The notes beneath the pieces were generated by a model. The model did not search any database. It was given only the letters and a program-made list of their open reading frames with translations, and had not been told where the DNA came from. Source: Schmidtea nova (taxonomy: Eukaryota). From it: a stretch of 63,571 nt of DNA. The DNA lies in NCBI GenBank assembly GCA_044892505.1, contig CM097882.1, forward strand, positions 13,516,430 to 13,580,000. Reading direction: 5' to 3'. The position numbers and the translations under genes were made by a program. How positions within the stretch are numbered: position 1 is the first letter of the stretch; every line of letters begins with the position of its first letter. Below, piece after piece: positions 1 to 11,233 of the stretch.

Positions 1-92
1 TTTAAAATAATAATACTAATATTTCATCACAGTGTAAATAATACAATAAAGTAGAAAATTAATAAAAACAAAAAGAAATAAAATACAAATAT

Positions 93-3000
93 TTATTGAA
101 ATAAATCATCTTCATCTTCGTCATCTTCTTGAATATCTTCATCTTCGGTAATTGAATCCCCCATAACTGTAAAACTTTCTCTACAATGTCCATAAGCAAT
201 ACTTTTATTTTTCTCAACCCAAAGTCTCTTATCATCGAGGTTAGTAAGTGCAATTTTTGAAAACTTATTAGTAAAAATTTGATGATTTTTACTCACAAAT
301 CGAGACTGCTCTACTGAAACTATAGTATTATTTCTATAACAATCAAGATAAGACCGATGCTTCAGTTTAGTATCTTTCAAACAGACGCCTTTAGCCTTTA
401 AACATTCCTTATCACCTAAAAGACTATAACATTTAGGTCTAAGAAAAACCCATTCCTTATATTTATGACCCTTATTTTCGTCTTTAAACTTTCCTATAAC
501 AGAATCAAGTTTTTTCGAATATAAAGAATGACTAGGGTCGTAATTCGATGTATCCAAAAGACAATCTCTAACCATCGCAGGTAACAGAACATCTAACCTA
601 CAATTCTTAATCTCCAAGAAGAAAGAATCAGTATCGCCTGCAACTATATTAATCTCACAGTTGAATTCATTGCGATATTTTTGCAATTCTTCATACTGGA
701 GTTGATACATTCTAAGTTTAGATAAATCCAGTACACTTTAGCCAATGTAGCTGGGTCTATCTAAACACACAGAGTCCTTATTAAGCAAGACAGAAATTAG
801 GTCATCGTCAATCATATAAGTTTTTCTAAAGGTAGGTTTTGATGTATATGTAATCAATTTTGATGCTGAATTACAAAGTCGTAAATTGAGTCTTTTCTTA
901 AGATTTTCGACAGTTTTTCCATAAAGACTATTATTTAAAAGTTTGTAATATTTTTTATCTAAAACAAACGATGAAGCTGCCCTAAGTTCAGTGTTCGTAT
1001 CAATATATTTTTTAAAGATGGGTTTCTGTTTGTACTGAACAGCCCGATGAACTCGTGTTATTTTAACACCCAAAGAAAGAAATAATTTTAAAAGTCTCCA
1101 ATGAAGAACATAGTTGAACTTTGGATAATGTGTCAACATTAACTTTTCAACTTTAGAATTGGGAGCACACATTCTTTCTGCCGCTACTGGAAAGTCATTT
1201 AATTTATCATGAATTTCAACTGGGATTACCAAGTCAACTTCAAATGTTACACCGATTGTTAAAAGTTCCAAGTCAACATCCATCAAATTAATTAATTTAT
1301 TTAATTTTTTCTCATCATTAATCCATTTAAATTTACCACAAGGTAATTTTTGGCTTAAGGCCCAACCGTACATATTATTAATGTCGATGTAAAGTAGTTC
1401 AGTCGTTTCGGAGGATACTACATGATGCTTGTTGACAAATGTCAAACCACCACGGATCCCCCCTTCGAAAAAATTATACATCTCCATATCCTGGAGCAAC
1501 TCAATAGGTTCTTCCAAGGTAAGAAGTGCAGAAGCCCACGACATACCTGGAATACCCAAGAAATTCAACGGTTCTAACCTATTATGAGAAATTGACTTGG
1601 CTCTAAACTGTTTGAAAAAGTCGGCAAGAAGAAAGACGTCAAGTTTAAGGTAGACCATCATGTAGTCACAAAGAGTTTGACAATTAGTTTCCCTCCAAAT
1701 AACTAATGCCTTGTCGTATTCAGCCTGCTTAACACCCTCCCAGATTGGTGGTAATTCATATGTTTCATTCAAGACTTCTAACGATGTTGCAAAATTATAA
1801 GGAAAAATACCCTTACAATCAACAATAGTACCACTGAATTCAGATCGCGTTAAAGGTAATGAAGTCAATGTTTTAACCGCATCATTTAAACTGGAGTTAA
1901 TAAACTGACAAGAGTCAATGAATTTAATTGTTAAATCACCGACTCTTGCAGATAAAGTAAGGAATTTTTCACTCGTAGTTGGAATACATGATATTTTCCA
2001 AGTTGAAAAGTTTGCTAATCCATATTTAAGAATATGGTGCATGTCATACCCTTTTAAATTATGAAACACAACCGGTAGTTCCTTACGAATCTGTCTAGTA
2101 AGATTACATTTTAAGCAAGCAGCTCCCAAGAATTCACCAGTGTAGTGATCATGGTCTCTGACTGGTTGTACTAAAGTTTTCCTACAGAGATAACAATTTG
2201 TAGATGAGGCAAAAGATATTTTATTTTCAAATGTCATAATAAGTGGTTTTTTGAAATTGTTTTTATAAAAAGGAAAAACAATTTCTTCACCTATATTGTT
2301 AATTTCAGCAAGAAAATTAGTAACGCAATCAAGACCTAAGAAACACTTGTAAATTTTTTCACCAGTGAAATTATTTACAAGTAAAAGACCGGCAGATATT
2401 GGGACATGTCTTTGAAAGTACTTATCATCAGCAGGTAAGATTGCCTCAAAATCGGCGTAAACAACAAAAGGTGGAGTAATTGTTTTGCCCCAATTATTAA
2501 ATGTCAAATAAGGATTTTTAGGCAAAGTATATAGAGTTGTGCCTAATTGATTTTTAGAACACAACTCTTGATGACGAACAAAAGAATCTTGATATCTAAA
2601 TCCATTCAAGCATCGATGGCACCATAAACTTTGAATACGAGTACCAGATATTGATTTATTGTCAAGATTTAAAAGCCTATCAAGATTGGTTACTGCTATA
2701 TAATGAAAAGAGTCACCATTTTGTAAAACAATCAAGTTAATAGGGATTCCGTCTACTACTTTCGACCTATGAATTATGTCAATACACGGATGTTTGAAAA
2801 CTTCAGGCTTAGTGTCTAGAATTCCAGATTCATCATATGAAAGTACGTTAATCGCATATCCCGGGTTTTTAGCTTCAAACTTTGGGATATTGCAAAGACG
2901 CATAGGCAAATCAGAAGGACTAAAGTTAACATCAGAAAGATTGTAATTACTGATCCTATGTTTATTTTTACGGCCAGATATCTCATCATATTTAATAATT

Positions 3001-4178
3001 ACCAAAACAGAATAGATAAAGCACAAGTCATCAGAATTCTGAACATTTACAACACAATGTTTTGATTTTAAAGATTCAGGAGTGTCAATACCACCGTAAC
3101 CTATCAACCTACTAATCTCAGAAAATTTGGTTAATATGAAATGAATTTCATTAATTTTATTAATTATCCAGTTACTGCCTCTATTATTAATTAATGTAAT
3201 TTTTTCATTAAGAATATTAATGCCATCGTCTATAAAGGTATCTGTGACAGGTTTTGCAGAGTTAGAAATAACTATAGTTTGAAAAGCACCATCTTTTTCA
3301 AACTCAACTTCGATGCAAAATTGAATTTTAACCGTTCCCATCGTTTCAATTACATTATTTAATTTATTAATTAAATTATCAGGTACAAACATGCTTTTTA
3401 AATTCAAGTTAGTTACAATCATTTTCACTATAGCATGTGATTTATTTAAATCAAATTTAACAACAGGTAAAATGGAGCCACCAACCTGTACTTCAGGAAC
3501 TAAAGAGTATTTATCGTCAGAAATTTTATCAAAAGAACCACCAATTTGAATATTATCGATAGGAACAAAAGAGTCTACAACCACAAAATCAGAAAGATTA
3601 TTTATATCAAGAATGTTATCATCATCAGGAATGATATCATTATCAAGAATGGTATCATTATCAAGAATGTTATCAACAGGAATGATATCATTACCAAGAA
3701 TGTTATCATCATCAGGAATGGTATCATTACCAAGAATGTTATCATCATCAGGAATGATATCATTATCAAGAATGGTATCATTATCAAGAATGTTATCAAC
3801 AGGAATGATATCATTACCAAGAATGTTATCATCATCAGGAATGGTATCATTACCAAGAATGATATCATCATCATCAGAAATTACAACTATATCTGAAGGA
3901 ACAACCGAATGAACAATTGAAGGATCAACTGAAGGAACAACTGAAGAAATATCATCAGAAAGAACTGACTTGTTAATTTTGATTGGGATTGGATTATTTT
4001 CATTACATTTTCTTTTAATCGGTAATTTAAAAATTGATTTTTTAGATGTTTTAAATTGTTCTAAATGATCGCAATGAGTATTGTAAAAGTCAATATACGA
4101 AGAGGACGATGTAGATTTGCAAAAAGGACAAATGTAGTAGGTTTTACAGTTATGAGGGTATGCATAATATTTTTCCAT
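93..4178 (-). pseudogene. polB: Protein-primed family B DNA polymerase with vOTU-like protease, C2H2 finger and endonuclease VII-like insert; single in-frame TAA at 738-740
   Basis: Motifs VVYADFEA, VFHNLKGYDMH, LYIDINNMYGWA, KLLNNSLYGKT, AGDTDS, FLRPKCY, KAKGV; NSDDLCF...HYIAV (OTU-like Cys/His); CYLC...RDHDH...CLKCN. ORFs 738-4355 and 93-710 are in one frame: DRPSYIG*SVLDLSKLRMY. First ATG at 4178; true start uncertain. Confidence 0.92.
3610..3870 (-). repeat. In-frame acidic tandem repeat in PolB N-terminal region (about 123-bp/41-aa period x2, 12-aa subunits)
   Basis: DDDNILGNDTIP DDDNILGNDIIP VDNILDNDTILDNDIIP occurs twice. Confidence 0.9.
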
Positions 4179-4487
4179 TAATTCATGGCATTTTACATCA
4201 TGAATTGTGGAGTTGCAATATTTTTGATATATATTGCCTATAAATTTTAAAAATAATATAAAAATAATGATAAAAATAATGATAAAAATTATGATAAAAA
4301 TAATGATAAAAATTATGATAAAAATATTATGATAAAAATTATGATAAAATATCAATGATGTATATCAAGTGTGTATACACACATTCAATTCAAAATATCG
4401 TAATATATATTTATTGATTATGATTGGTCAAAATAATTTAAAAATTTCTATATAAACGACTTATAAAATTAAAATAATCATTAAAAA

Positions 4488-5016
4488 ATGTATCAACTGA
4501 AAAGTAAGATTAATTAATTTTAAATGATTATTTTTTAATTTATTTTTTCTAGAATCGAAAAGAATGACAAAACAAGAAATAATGAAGATTATTCTTGAGG
4601 AAAATCCTATTTCTTCATCTAATTTGGCATTGAATTCACCAGTTCAATTCATGCAATACTCGATGGAGTATTTGAAATATCCAATCAAATATTCATTTAA
4701 AGTAATTAATTAAAAATTATTAAAATCTAATTAATATTATTTACAGGAACCTGTTACACTGAAACAATGTCAATACAATATTCAGGTTGGAAAAATCGGG
4801 GAAACTGATAGAAAGAATCTATCAGAAATATTATTGTTAATAAATAAAGATATTCAATTCAACGAGGAATTCACATATATGAACTGTAAAAAAGAAACAG
4901 ATTTAGGCAAATTAGATGATAATTCAATGTATCAAATTCAAATTATCTTACAAGGATTTAAACAAACTGAAAACGTGATAAAACCTATTTGGAAAATTAT
5001 TGATTTTCATGAATAA
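4488..5016 (+). CDS. Three-exon viral ORF (~144 aa), unknown function, possible OB-fold ssDNA-binding protein
   Basis: ATG 4488; GT-AG introns 4504-4552 and 4702-4746 join in frame to ORF 4834-5016 (MYQLKKSKRMTKQEIMKII...YSFK/EPVTLKQCQYNIQVG...IKPIWKIIDFHE). Confidence 0.75.
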
Positions 5017-5122
5017 ACTCTTGTTTAATTTGTTCTTTATTTATTTTTTTTCTTATTTACATTAAATATATTTTAAAAATAATATATAAATATATCATTT
5101 ATAAAATATATTTATTATAAAA

Positions 5123-5305
5123 ATTAATTAAATTCATATAAAAATCTATCGATTATTAATTAAATTCATATAAAAATCTATCAATTATTAATTAAATCTA
5201 TATAAAAAATCTATCAATTATTAATTAAATTCATATAAAAATCTATCAATTAAATTAATTAAATTCATATAAAAATCTATCAATTATTAATTAAATTCAT
5301 ATTAT
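5123..5305. repeat. AT-rich tandem array, ~32-bp unit x5-6
   Basis: attaattaaattcatataaaaatctatcaatt repeated. Confidence 0.85.
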
Positions 5306-5616
5306 ATAAAAAAAAAATAAACATTTAATTGATAATAATATATTTAATCAATATATAAATACTTACATTTAGCATTAAGTATCGATGGTATAATTTTCAT
5401 TGGCATAACATTGTTTGGTATAATTTTCATTGGCATAATATTGCTTGGTTTAATTTTCTTTGACATAATATTGTTTGGTAAAATTTTCTTTGTTGTCATT
5501 ATTTAAAAATTTGTAAAAAATAAATTAAAAAATATTCATAAAAAATTAAACTTACTTACTTAAGTTGGCTTGTTAGTAAAAATGTTGTTTATTTAAACGA
5601 AATTATTTTAAAATTA

Positions 5617-5870
5617 ATGTAATTTAAAATTAATTAAATATTTTACAATATGTAATTTAAAATTAATTAAATATTTTTACAATATGTAATTTAAAATTAA
5701 ATAAATATTTTTACAATATGTAATTTAAAATTAATTAAATATTTTTACAATATGTAATTTAAAATTAAATAAATATTTTTACAATATGTAATTTAAAATT
5801 TATTAAATATTTTTACAATATGTAATTTAAAATTAATTAAATATTTTACAATATGCAATTTTAAATTAAT
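5617..5870. repeat. AT-rich tandem array, 33-34-bp unit x~7
   Basis: tgtaatttaaaattaattaaatatttttacaata repeated. Confidence 0.88.
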
Positions 5871-5962
5871 AAATTCAAACATAAAAATTCACTTTTGTAT
5901 TAGTGAATACCATAAATAGAAAAAGTCGTTTTATAATAAAAGTCGTTTTATAATAAAAAATT

Positions 5963-6341
5963 TTATTTCATATATTTTAGCCAAGCTAAACAATGTTGCC
6001 CACAGGTTTTTGTCATTGGATTTTGATATCGAATTCTGTTATATTCTATTGGTTTTAACATTGACGATAATTTTTTCAATAATATCGGTGGATAATAAAA
6101 TCCCATTGGATCAAACACATATATTTTATCGGGTTTATTATAAATTGCAAGCCAATGTTCACCTTTGAGGTTTGATGATTGAGTATTGACAATCAATGCT
6201 TTATTCACATCTATATACGGTATTTTATCTAGAGGAAAAACTCCTAGAAATTCCGATCCAATCAATTTTCTAGCAATCTGATCTACCTGAATTGAACTAA
6301 AATCAATAAAATTTAATTATTAAAAATAAATCTTACTTCAT
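5963..6341 (-). CDS. Adenain-like (C5 family) maturation protease, two exons (intron 6297-6336)
   Basis: GEHWLAI, VFDPMG, YQNPMTKTCGQHC (His/Asp/Gln/Cys). Spliced start ATGAA/T gives MNSIQVDQIARKLIGSEFLGVF. Confidence 0.9.
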
Positions 6342-6404
6342 TTACTTTTTTAAAAAATAAATCTTACTTCATTTACTTTATTAATTAATTAAAATTAGTT
6401 TATA

Positions 6405-7631
6405 TTAAACGAGTATTGTTCGATTAGCTGTAATTTGTAATTCCTTTTCAAAAACTCCATATACAATTACAGAAACTGATTCAGTCAATGGTGTACCAAA
6501 TTTAATATCAAGTCTTAGATTACCTTGTTGAGGTAATTGACTTTGATTTAGATCAAAATCTGGAGCCAAAACGAAGGTGAAAAAAGGATATTTGCTTTTC
6601 CAATCTGATAAAGAAATACCACAATTCATACTCTTATTCAGGTAACCAAGGTTACGGACAATAGATTGCATATAACTAGTACTACAATTATCATTTTCAA
6701 AATCTTGAGAATATTTTTCACGATAATCACTTCCTTTCGATAAAGTTAATGATTTGACATTAAAATGATCGTAAATAGAATAAGTTTCAGTAAAAGAACC
6801 ACTATGTCTTTTATTTCCTTGAAATGCTACAAGAATAAAGTTTGGTAATCGTCTATCTCCAAAGATTTGTTCCTTATAAAATGAAGAAGAACCCATTGGC
6901 AATGAAAATTCTACAACTTCCTTATTTCTTATTGGGTAAATTGCATTTCTTGTACCAAGTCCAATTTGATGCCCAGCATAAACTGATGATTCTACTCGAA
7001 CTCTTCTAACCATTAATTTTGCCTCTAATAATTCAATTATAGGTTCAATTTTTGTACATGTTAAACTATTGGATGGATTTGATCTCGTCAATTTAATTTG
7101 AACACTAACACCTGGTAATAAATACTTGGGTTGTTCCATGAAATCGAAATGTAATGGAGAACAAATTGAAAATGGTTTTGATTTTGCAATCCATGCTTTT
7201 CTAGTAAGATCATGGTCATTGTATCCCATTGGAGTTAAAGATGTGTGTTTTGTATCACTATTGTAGTTGAGAATAGTTTCAATCATGGCTTTGTGTGTAA
7301 ATGTATCATTTCCTCCTTCAACTTTAGTAGAATTGAAAATTAATTCGGCTTCTTTAAAAAGAGTTTGGAAAAAGAAATTGTTGGGAGTAACATCAGCATC
7401 CAATCCTAAATTTTCACCCGATTTGTTTACAACTTTGACCTGAAGAGATAGTAAAGTATCGTTCAAATCTAAATATTCAGTTTGAGATCCGTTGATGTAA
7501 AATTGAATAGATGATGTCCCAGCATCTGTAATTGAATTTGTTGGGTAAATATCTTCAAATGCACCATGTTCAATTACTGCTTGTGGAGATGGTCTATCAA
7601 AAAGACATAATTCAGATTTTGCACTAATCAT
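6405..7631 (-). CDS. Major capsid protein (double jelly-roll, hexon-like)
   Basis: 408 aa, SELCLFDRP...EYLDLNDTLL...KYLLPGVSVQIKLTRS...GNLRLDIKFGTPL, Polinton MCP style; position in capsid block. Confidence 0.85.
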   Translation of the reverse strand: MISAKSELCLFDRPSPQAVIEHGAFEDIYPTNSITDAGTSSIQFYINGSQTEYLDLNDTLLSLQVKVVNKSGENLGLDADVTPNNFFFQTLFKEAELIFNSTKVEGGNDTFTHKAMIETILNYNSDTKHTSLTPMGYNDHDLTRKAWIAKSKPFSICSPLHFDFMEQPKYLLPGVSVQIKLTRSNPSNSLTCTKIEPIIELLEAKLMVRRVRVESSVYAGHQIGLGTRNAIYPIRNKEVVEFSLPMGSSSFYKEQIFGDRRLPNFILVAFQGNKRHSGSFTETYSIYDHFNVKSLTLSKGSDYREKYSQDFENDNCSTSYMQSIVRNLGYLNKSMNCGISLSDWKSKYPFFTFVLAPDFDLNQSQLPQQGNLRLDIKFGTPLTESVSVIVYGVFEKELQITANRTILV

Positions 7632-8035
7632 TTTTCAAATATTGTTCCATATCCTTTCATTCTTTTGTTTATATGTTTCTTCATATTTCTTTTTCGTTTA
7701 AGAATTCCGCCATTTTGTTTATTTTCAGTTTTATTTTCGTTAAACACATCAGTCACTTTACTAATTACTTGTGGCAAATGATGAATCACATCGGGCAATG
7801 AATCTTTAATTTCAGAAATGGCATTGGATTTTAGTGCAGGTAAAATCTTTGAATTATTATTTAACACATCATTGGCAGTTTTCATACCAAAATTTCCAAT
7901 ACGTCTAAGAATTGGTAATGCAAATCTACCTATCGTTTTCAACCAACCAGTTCCATATTGTTTACCTACAAAATACGGTAATTCTCCACCTGATTGGCTG
8001 TTGCTATAGAAACTGATAATATCTGGATTATTCAT
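7628..8035 (-). CDS. Putative protease-processed virion/membrane-active protein
   Basis: 135 aa; QSGG, QYGTG, QNGG motifs, amphipathic WLKTIGRFALPILRRIG, basic C-terminus; directly upstream of MCP. Confidence 0.6.
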   Translation of the reverse strand: MNNPDIISFYSNSQSGGELPYFVGKQYGTGWLKTIGRFALPILRRIGNFGMKTANDVLNNNSKILPALKSNAISEIKDSLPDVIHHLPQVISKVTDVFNENKTENKQNGGILKRKRNMKKHINKRMKGYGTIFEK

Positions 8036-9050
8036 TTATTTTACGGAAATGTAATGTCAAGTAAGTTTTGTCTTCTTTTGCAAATTTAACTATTTTTCCA
8101 CTGTCATCACGAATATTGATTTCAATATTGTTTATATATGTGGAACTGACCGGTAAATACATTGGATTTTTCTCAACAATTTGAACCAAATCACCCTTTT
8201 CATGTTTTTCAACCCAAACACATTTCAATAGGGGAACTGACATGTCACCAACAAGAATTGGTTGAATAATATTCGTATAGATGAACATTTGTTGATGAAG
8301 TTTTAAAACTTGTGGATAATATACGCCATCAATAATTTTGTCAAAGAATTCTTGTTCAACTAATCCTAACGAATTTGCTAAATTCCTACTAAATTTTACA
8401 CTAGTTATATCATCTTCAAGAATTAATTTAATTAATTTTCCTTCTTTAATATCAATCACTTTAAATGGATGTGGATAAAAAGTTTCAATTTGATCAGATA
8501 ATTCAGCAAGATTATTTATTATTAAATCGTCTTTGAAATTATCTGTGTATTCAACAGGAAAAGTATAAGTTATAGTAAACCGTATAGTATCATCAAGTTT
8601 TTTATTTTTATTTGCTGGAATTTTAATTTTGTTTAATTCATCATTAAATGTCACAGCTTTTTCTTGAAACCCTAATTTTTTAGCTTCATCAACACTATCA
8701 AATATTATTTGAAATGGAAAATATTTACAATTTACATTTAAAATATTGCCATCAATATACATTAAATAATAATTAGAATCGTGACTTATATCATATTCTT
8801 TCTTTTGTTGGTTAAAATTGAAATATTCATAACTAGAATGTAATTCATTTCTAGTAAATTTTATACTTGAACTATTATAAAATGGAAATTCATTGTACAC
8901 AAAAGTAAAATCCATAAGAGCAACTTCCCAACTACCATCCAAATAAATTGGGTTCTGATATTCAACATTGAATTTTCCAGCTTTATTATTGGGATGTGTC
9001 AATGGGCAAGAATTGCTTGGTAAATTAACATAAAAATCTTTTTTAATCAT
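8028..9050 (-). CDS. Minor capsid (penton-like) protein, paralogue 1
   Basis: FYVNLPSNSCP...PIYLDGSWEVAL N-terminus; MFIYTNII...VPLLK...MYLPV...IEINIRDDSG...LTLHFRK C-terminus. Confidence 0.85.
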   Translation of the reverse strand: MIKKDFYVNLPSNSCPLTHPNNKAGKFNVEYQNPIYLDGSWEVALMDFTFVYNEFPFYNSSSIKFTRNELHSSYEYFNFNQQKKEYDISHDSNYYLMYIDGNILNVNCKYFPFQIIFDSVDEAKKLGFQEKAVTFNDELNKIKIPANKNKKLDDTIRFTITYTFPVEYTDNFKDDLIINNLAELSDQIETFYPHPFKVIDIKEGKLIKLILEDDITSVKFSRNLANSLGLVEQEFFDKIIDGVYYPQVLKLHQQMFIYTNIIQPILVGDMSVPLLKCVWVEKHEKGDLVQIVEKNPMYLPVSSTYINNIEINIRDDSGKIVKFAKEDKTYLTLHFRKINE

Positions 9051-10080
9051 TTATTTTACGAAAATGTAGAGTCAAATGAGTCTTTGTATCTTTTGAAAAT
9101 TTAATTAATTTTCCACTGTCATCACGAATATTGATTTCAATGTTGTTTATAGTTGATGTTGAAATCGGCAAATACATTGGATTCTTTATTTCAATTTGTA
9201 CAACTTCGCCTTGGTCATATTTCTTGATCCAAATTGATTTTAGGAGGGGAACTTGTACATCTCCAACAGTCACTGGTTCAATAATGTTGCTGTAAATGAA
9301 CATTTGCTGATGAAGTTGTAAAATTTTGGGGATTTTTACACCAATTATTTCGGTATCAGTATATGTTTGTTTCTGTAGACCCAGAGATTTGGTTAAATTT
9401 GAATCAAAAGTAATTTTTGAAATATTATCCTGAAGAATAATTTTAACCAATTCATTATTGACAAGTTTCAATTTTTTAAATGGAGATGGATTAATTTTCA
9501 TTAAATATCCTTGTAATTCCGGTAATGACGTTATGAATAATTCATCTTGAAAATAATAATCATTAACAGTTTTAATGTCATAATTTATAAAAATTCCAAA
9601 TTGTTCAAGACTATTATCATTCGTGAATTTTGGTAATTTTAAACGACAATGATCATTTTCACTTGTAATTGATATATTTTCCAATCCAAAACTTTTTGCA
9701 TGTTCAAGATCTGGAAATGTAATTTTAAATGGAACATGTGGGCAAACAATCACTAAATAATTATATTTTTCAATAAATACATCAGTGTCTGAACTAGGTT
9801 GAGAAACTATAACTTGAATTGTTTTATTTTGATTATTAATTCTCAAATAACTAATTTCTTGAATTTCTCTTTTAGTTTCAATTTGAATAAAAGAATTACT
9901 ATAATACGGAAACAAATTATACACAAAAGTAAAATCAATCAAAGCAACTTCCCAATCGTCATTACTATTTAAATAAATCGGATTTTGAAATTCTACAATA
10001 AAATTACTAGCTTCATTATTAGGATAAATAAGAGGACATGCATTGCTAGGCAAAATCATATAAAACTGGTTTTCTTTCAT
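9043..10080 (-). CDS. Minor capsid (penton-like) protein, paralogue 2
   Basis: Same N- and C-terminal motifs as 8028-9050, divergent middle. Confidence 0.85.
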   Translation of the reverse strand: MKENQFYMILPSNACPLIYPNNEASNFIVEFQNPIYLNSNDDWEVALIDFTFVYNLFPYYSNSFIQIETKREIQEISYLRINNQNKTIQVIVSQPSSDTDVFIEKYNYLVIVCPHVPFKITFPDLEHAKSFGLENISITSENDHCRLKLPKFTNDNSLEQFGIFINYDIKTVNDYYFQDELFITSLPELQGYLMKINPSPFKKLKLVNNELVKIILQDNISKITFDSNLTKSLGLQKQTYTDTEIIGVKIPKILQLHQQMFIYSNIIEPVTVGDVQVPLLKSIWIKKYDQGEVVQIEIKNPMYLPISTSTINNIEINIRDDSGKLIKFSKDTKTHLTLHFRKIND

Positions 10081-10085
10081 AATAT

Positions 10086-11171
10086 TTATTTAATCAATTG
10101 TTTTTCAGATATCCAACTTGGAGTTTCATAGCCATGCCATTTAACGTAATATTGTTTATATTTCCCATCAGTTTTGGTTTTTAAAATCTTTTGAATTCTA
10201 AAAACTGTGGGAGCTGGAATAACTTGAAGTTCTTGTTCGTAGAATTTACCCTCGATTACATTGTTTTCATGATCGGAAATAGTATACATGACAGGATTTT
10301 GATTAGTATCAACATTTGAGATTTGATATACTTCATCACTCCAATTACTATCAAAATTTTTGATGAAGGGAGAAGCACTGATTTTACTCATTCTCACATA
10401 ATCGCCTACTTTATATTTCGGTTTTTTATTAATTGATTTTAATCTATCTTTTATCCATCCATCAAAATTATTATTTGAATATACATCGATAGGTTTCATT
10501 TTATTTAATCCCGAATGCGGTGAACGATTGTAACTGGAAATAATTTTCGGTAAAACATTTATCCATGTTTTGTTACCTTGATACACAAAAAACTTTTTCA
10601 AACGATCTCTTAAAGTTCGATTAAATCTTTCAACATGAGCAGCTTTGAATTGAGAAAATACAGAATAATGATTGATTTCTTTGATCACTTCTTTTACTTT
10701 GCTGTTATAAAACTCTTTTCCTAAATTAAAATTAATTAATTTTTAAAAATTTAATTTCTTACCCAAATCAGTTTGTAAATTTCGTGGCTTCCCATCTTTA
10801 AATAAAGATTCAATAGCCTCAGCCATTTCATTAGCAGATTTAGTTTTTGTTGGAATAGCTCGTGCATAACGGCTAAAAACATCAATACAAGTCAAAATAT
10901 ATTTGTAACCCTTGTTAATTTTAGAATAAGGAATCATTTCCATTAAATCCATTTGCCATAAATCGTTACCCCCAAAAGTTTTATATTTCCGTGTAGGAAA
11001 TCTTTTCAACATTGGTTTATTTAAACTATATGCCAATTGATCAGATAGCCATTTCTGAGTTTCATTCTTTGAACTTTTTATTCTTTTTGCCAATTTTTTG
11101 ACTGAACCAAAACCATCGGGATCTTTTGGGTTTGTCCATATCGTTTTTATATTCTTCATGATTTTCTTCAT
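10086..11171 (-). CDS. Retroviral-type DDE integrase with C-terminal chromodomain, two exons (intron 10721-10762)
   Basis: WQMDLMEM (D1), QTDLG/KEFYNS after splicing (D2), HVERFNRTL (E), YYVKWHGY chromodomain. The 42-bp GTAAG...TTTAG intron contains a stop. Confidence 0.92.
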
Positions 11172-11233
11172 TAATACAACAATTTGTTAAAATATTTAAA
11201 TCTATATTATGTTTATTCGGTTCAGAAATTTTA

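Noticed and set aside
738-740. TAA read as Gln (alternative genetic code)
   Set aside because: TAA ends many intact genes here (MCP, ATPase, MFS), so the code looks standard.
3546-3912. Plus-strand and alternate-frame ORFs over the PolB repeat
   Set aside because: Shadows of the tandem repeat.
4239-4384. Extra intron giving PolB an upstream ATG (4384)
   Set aside because: The acceptor is plausible but the donor (GTGTAT) is weak and there is no protein motif to confirm it. The hydrophobic IIIF run of the ORF track is just a DNA repeat.
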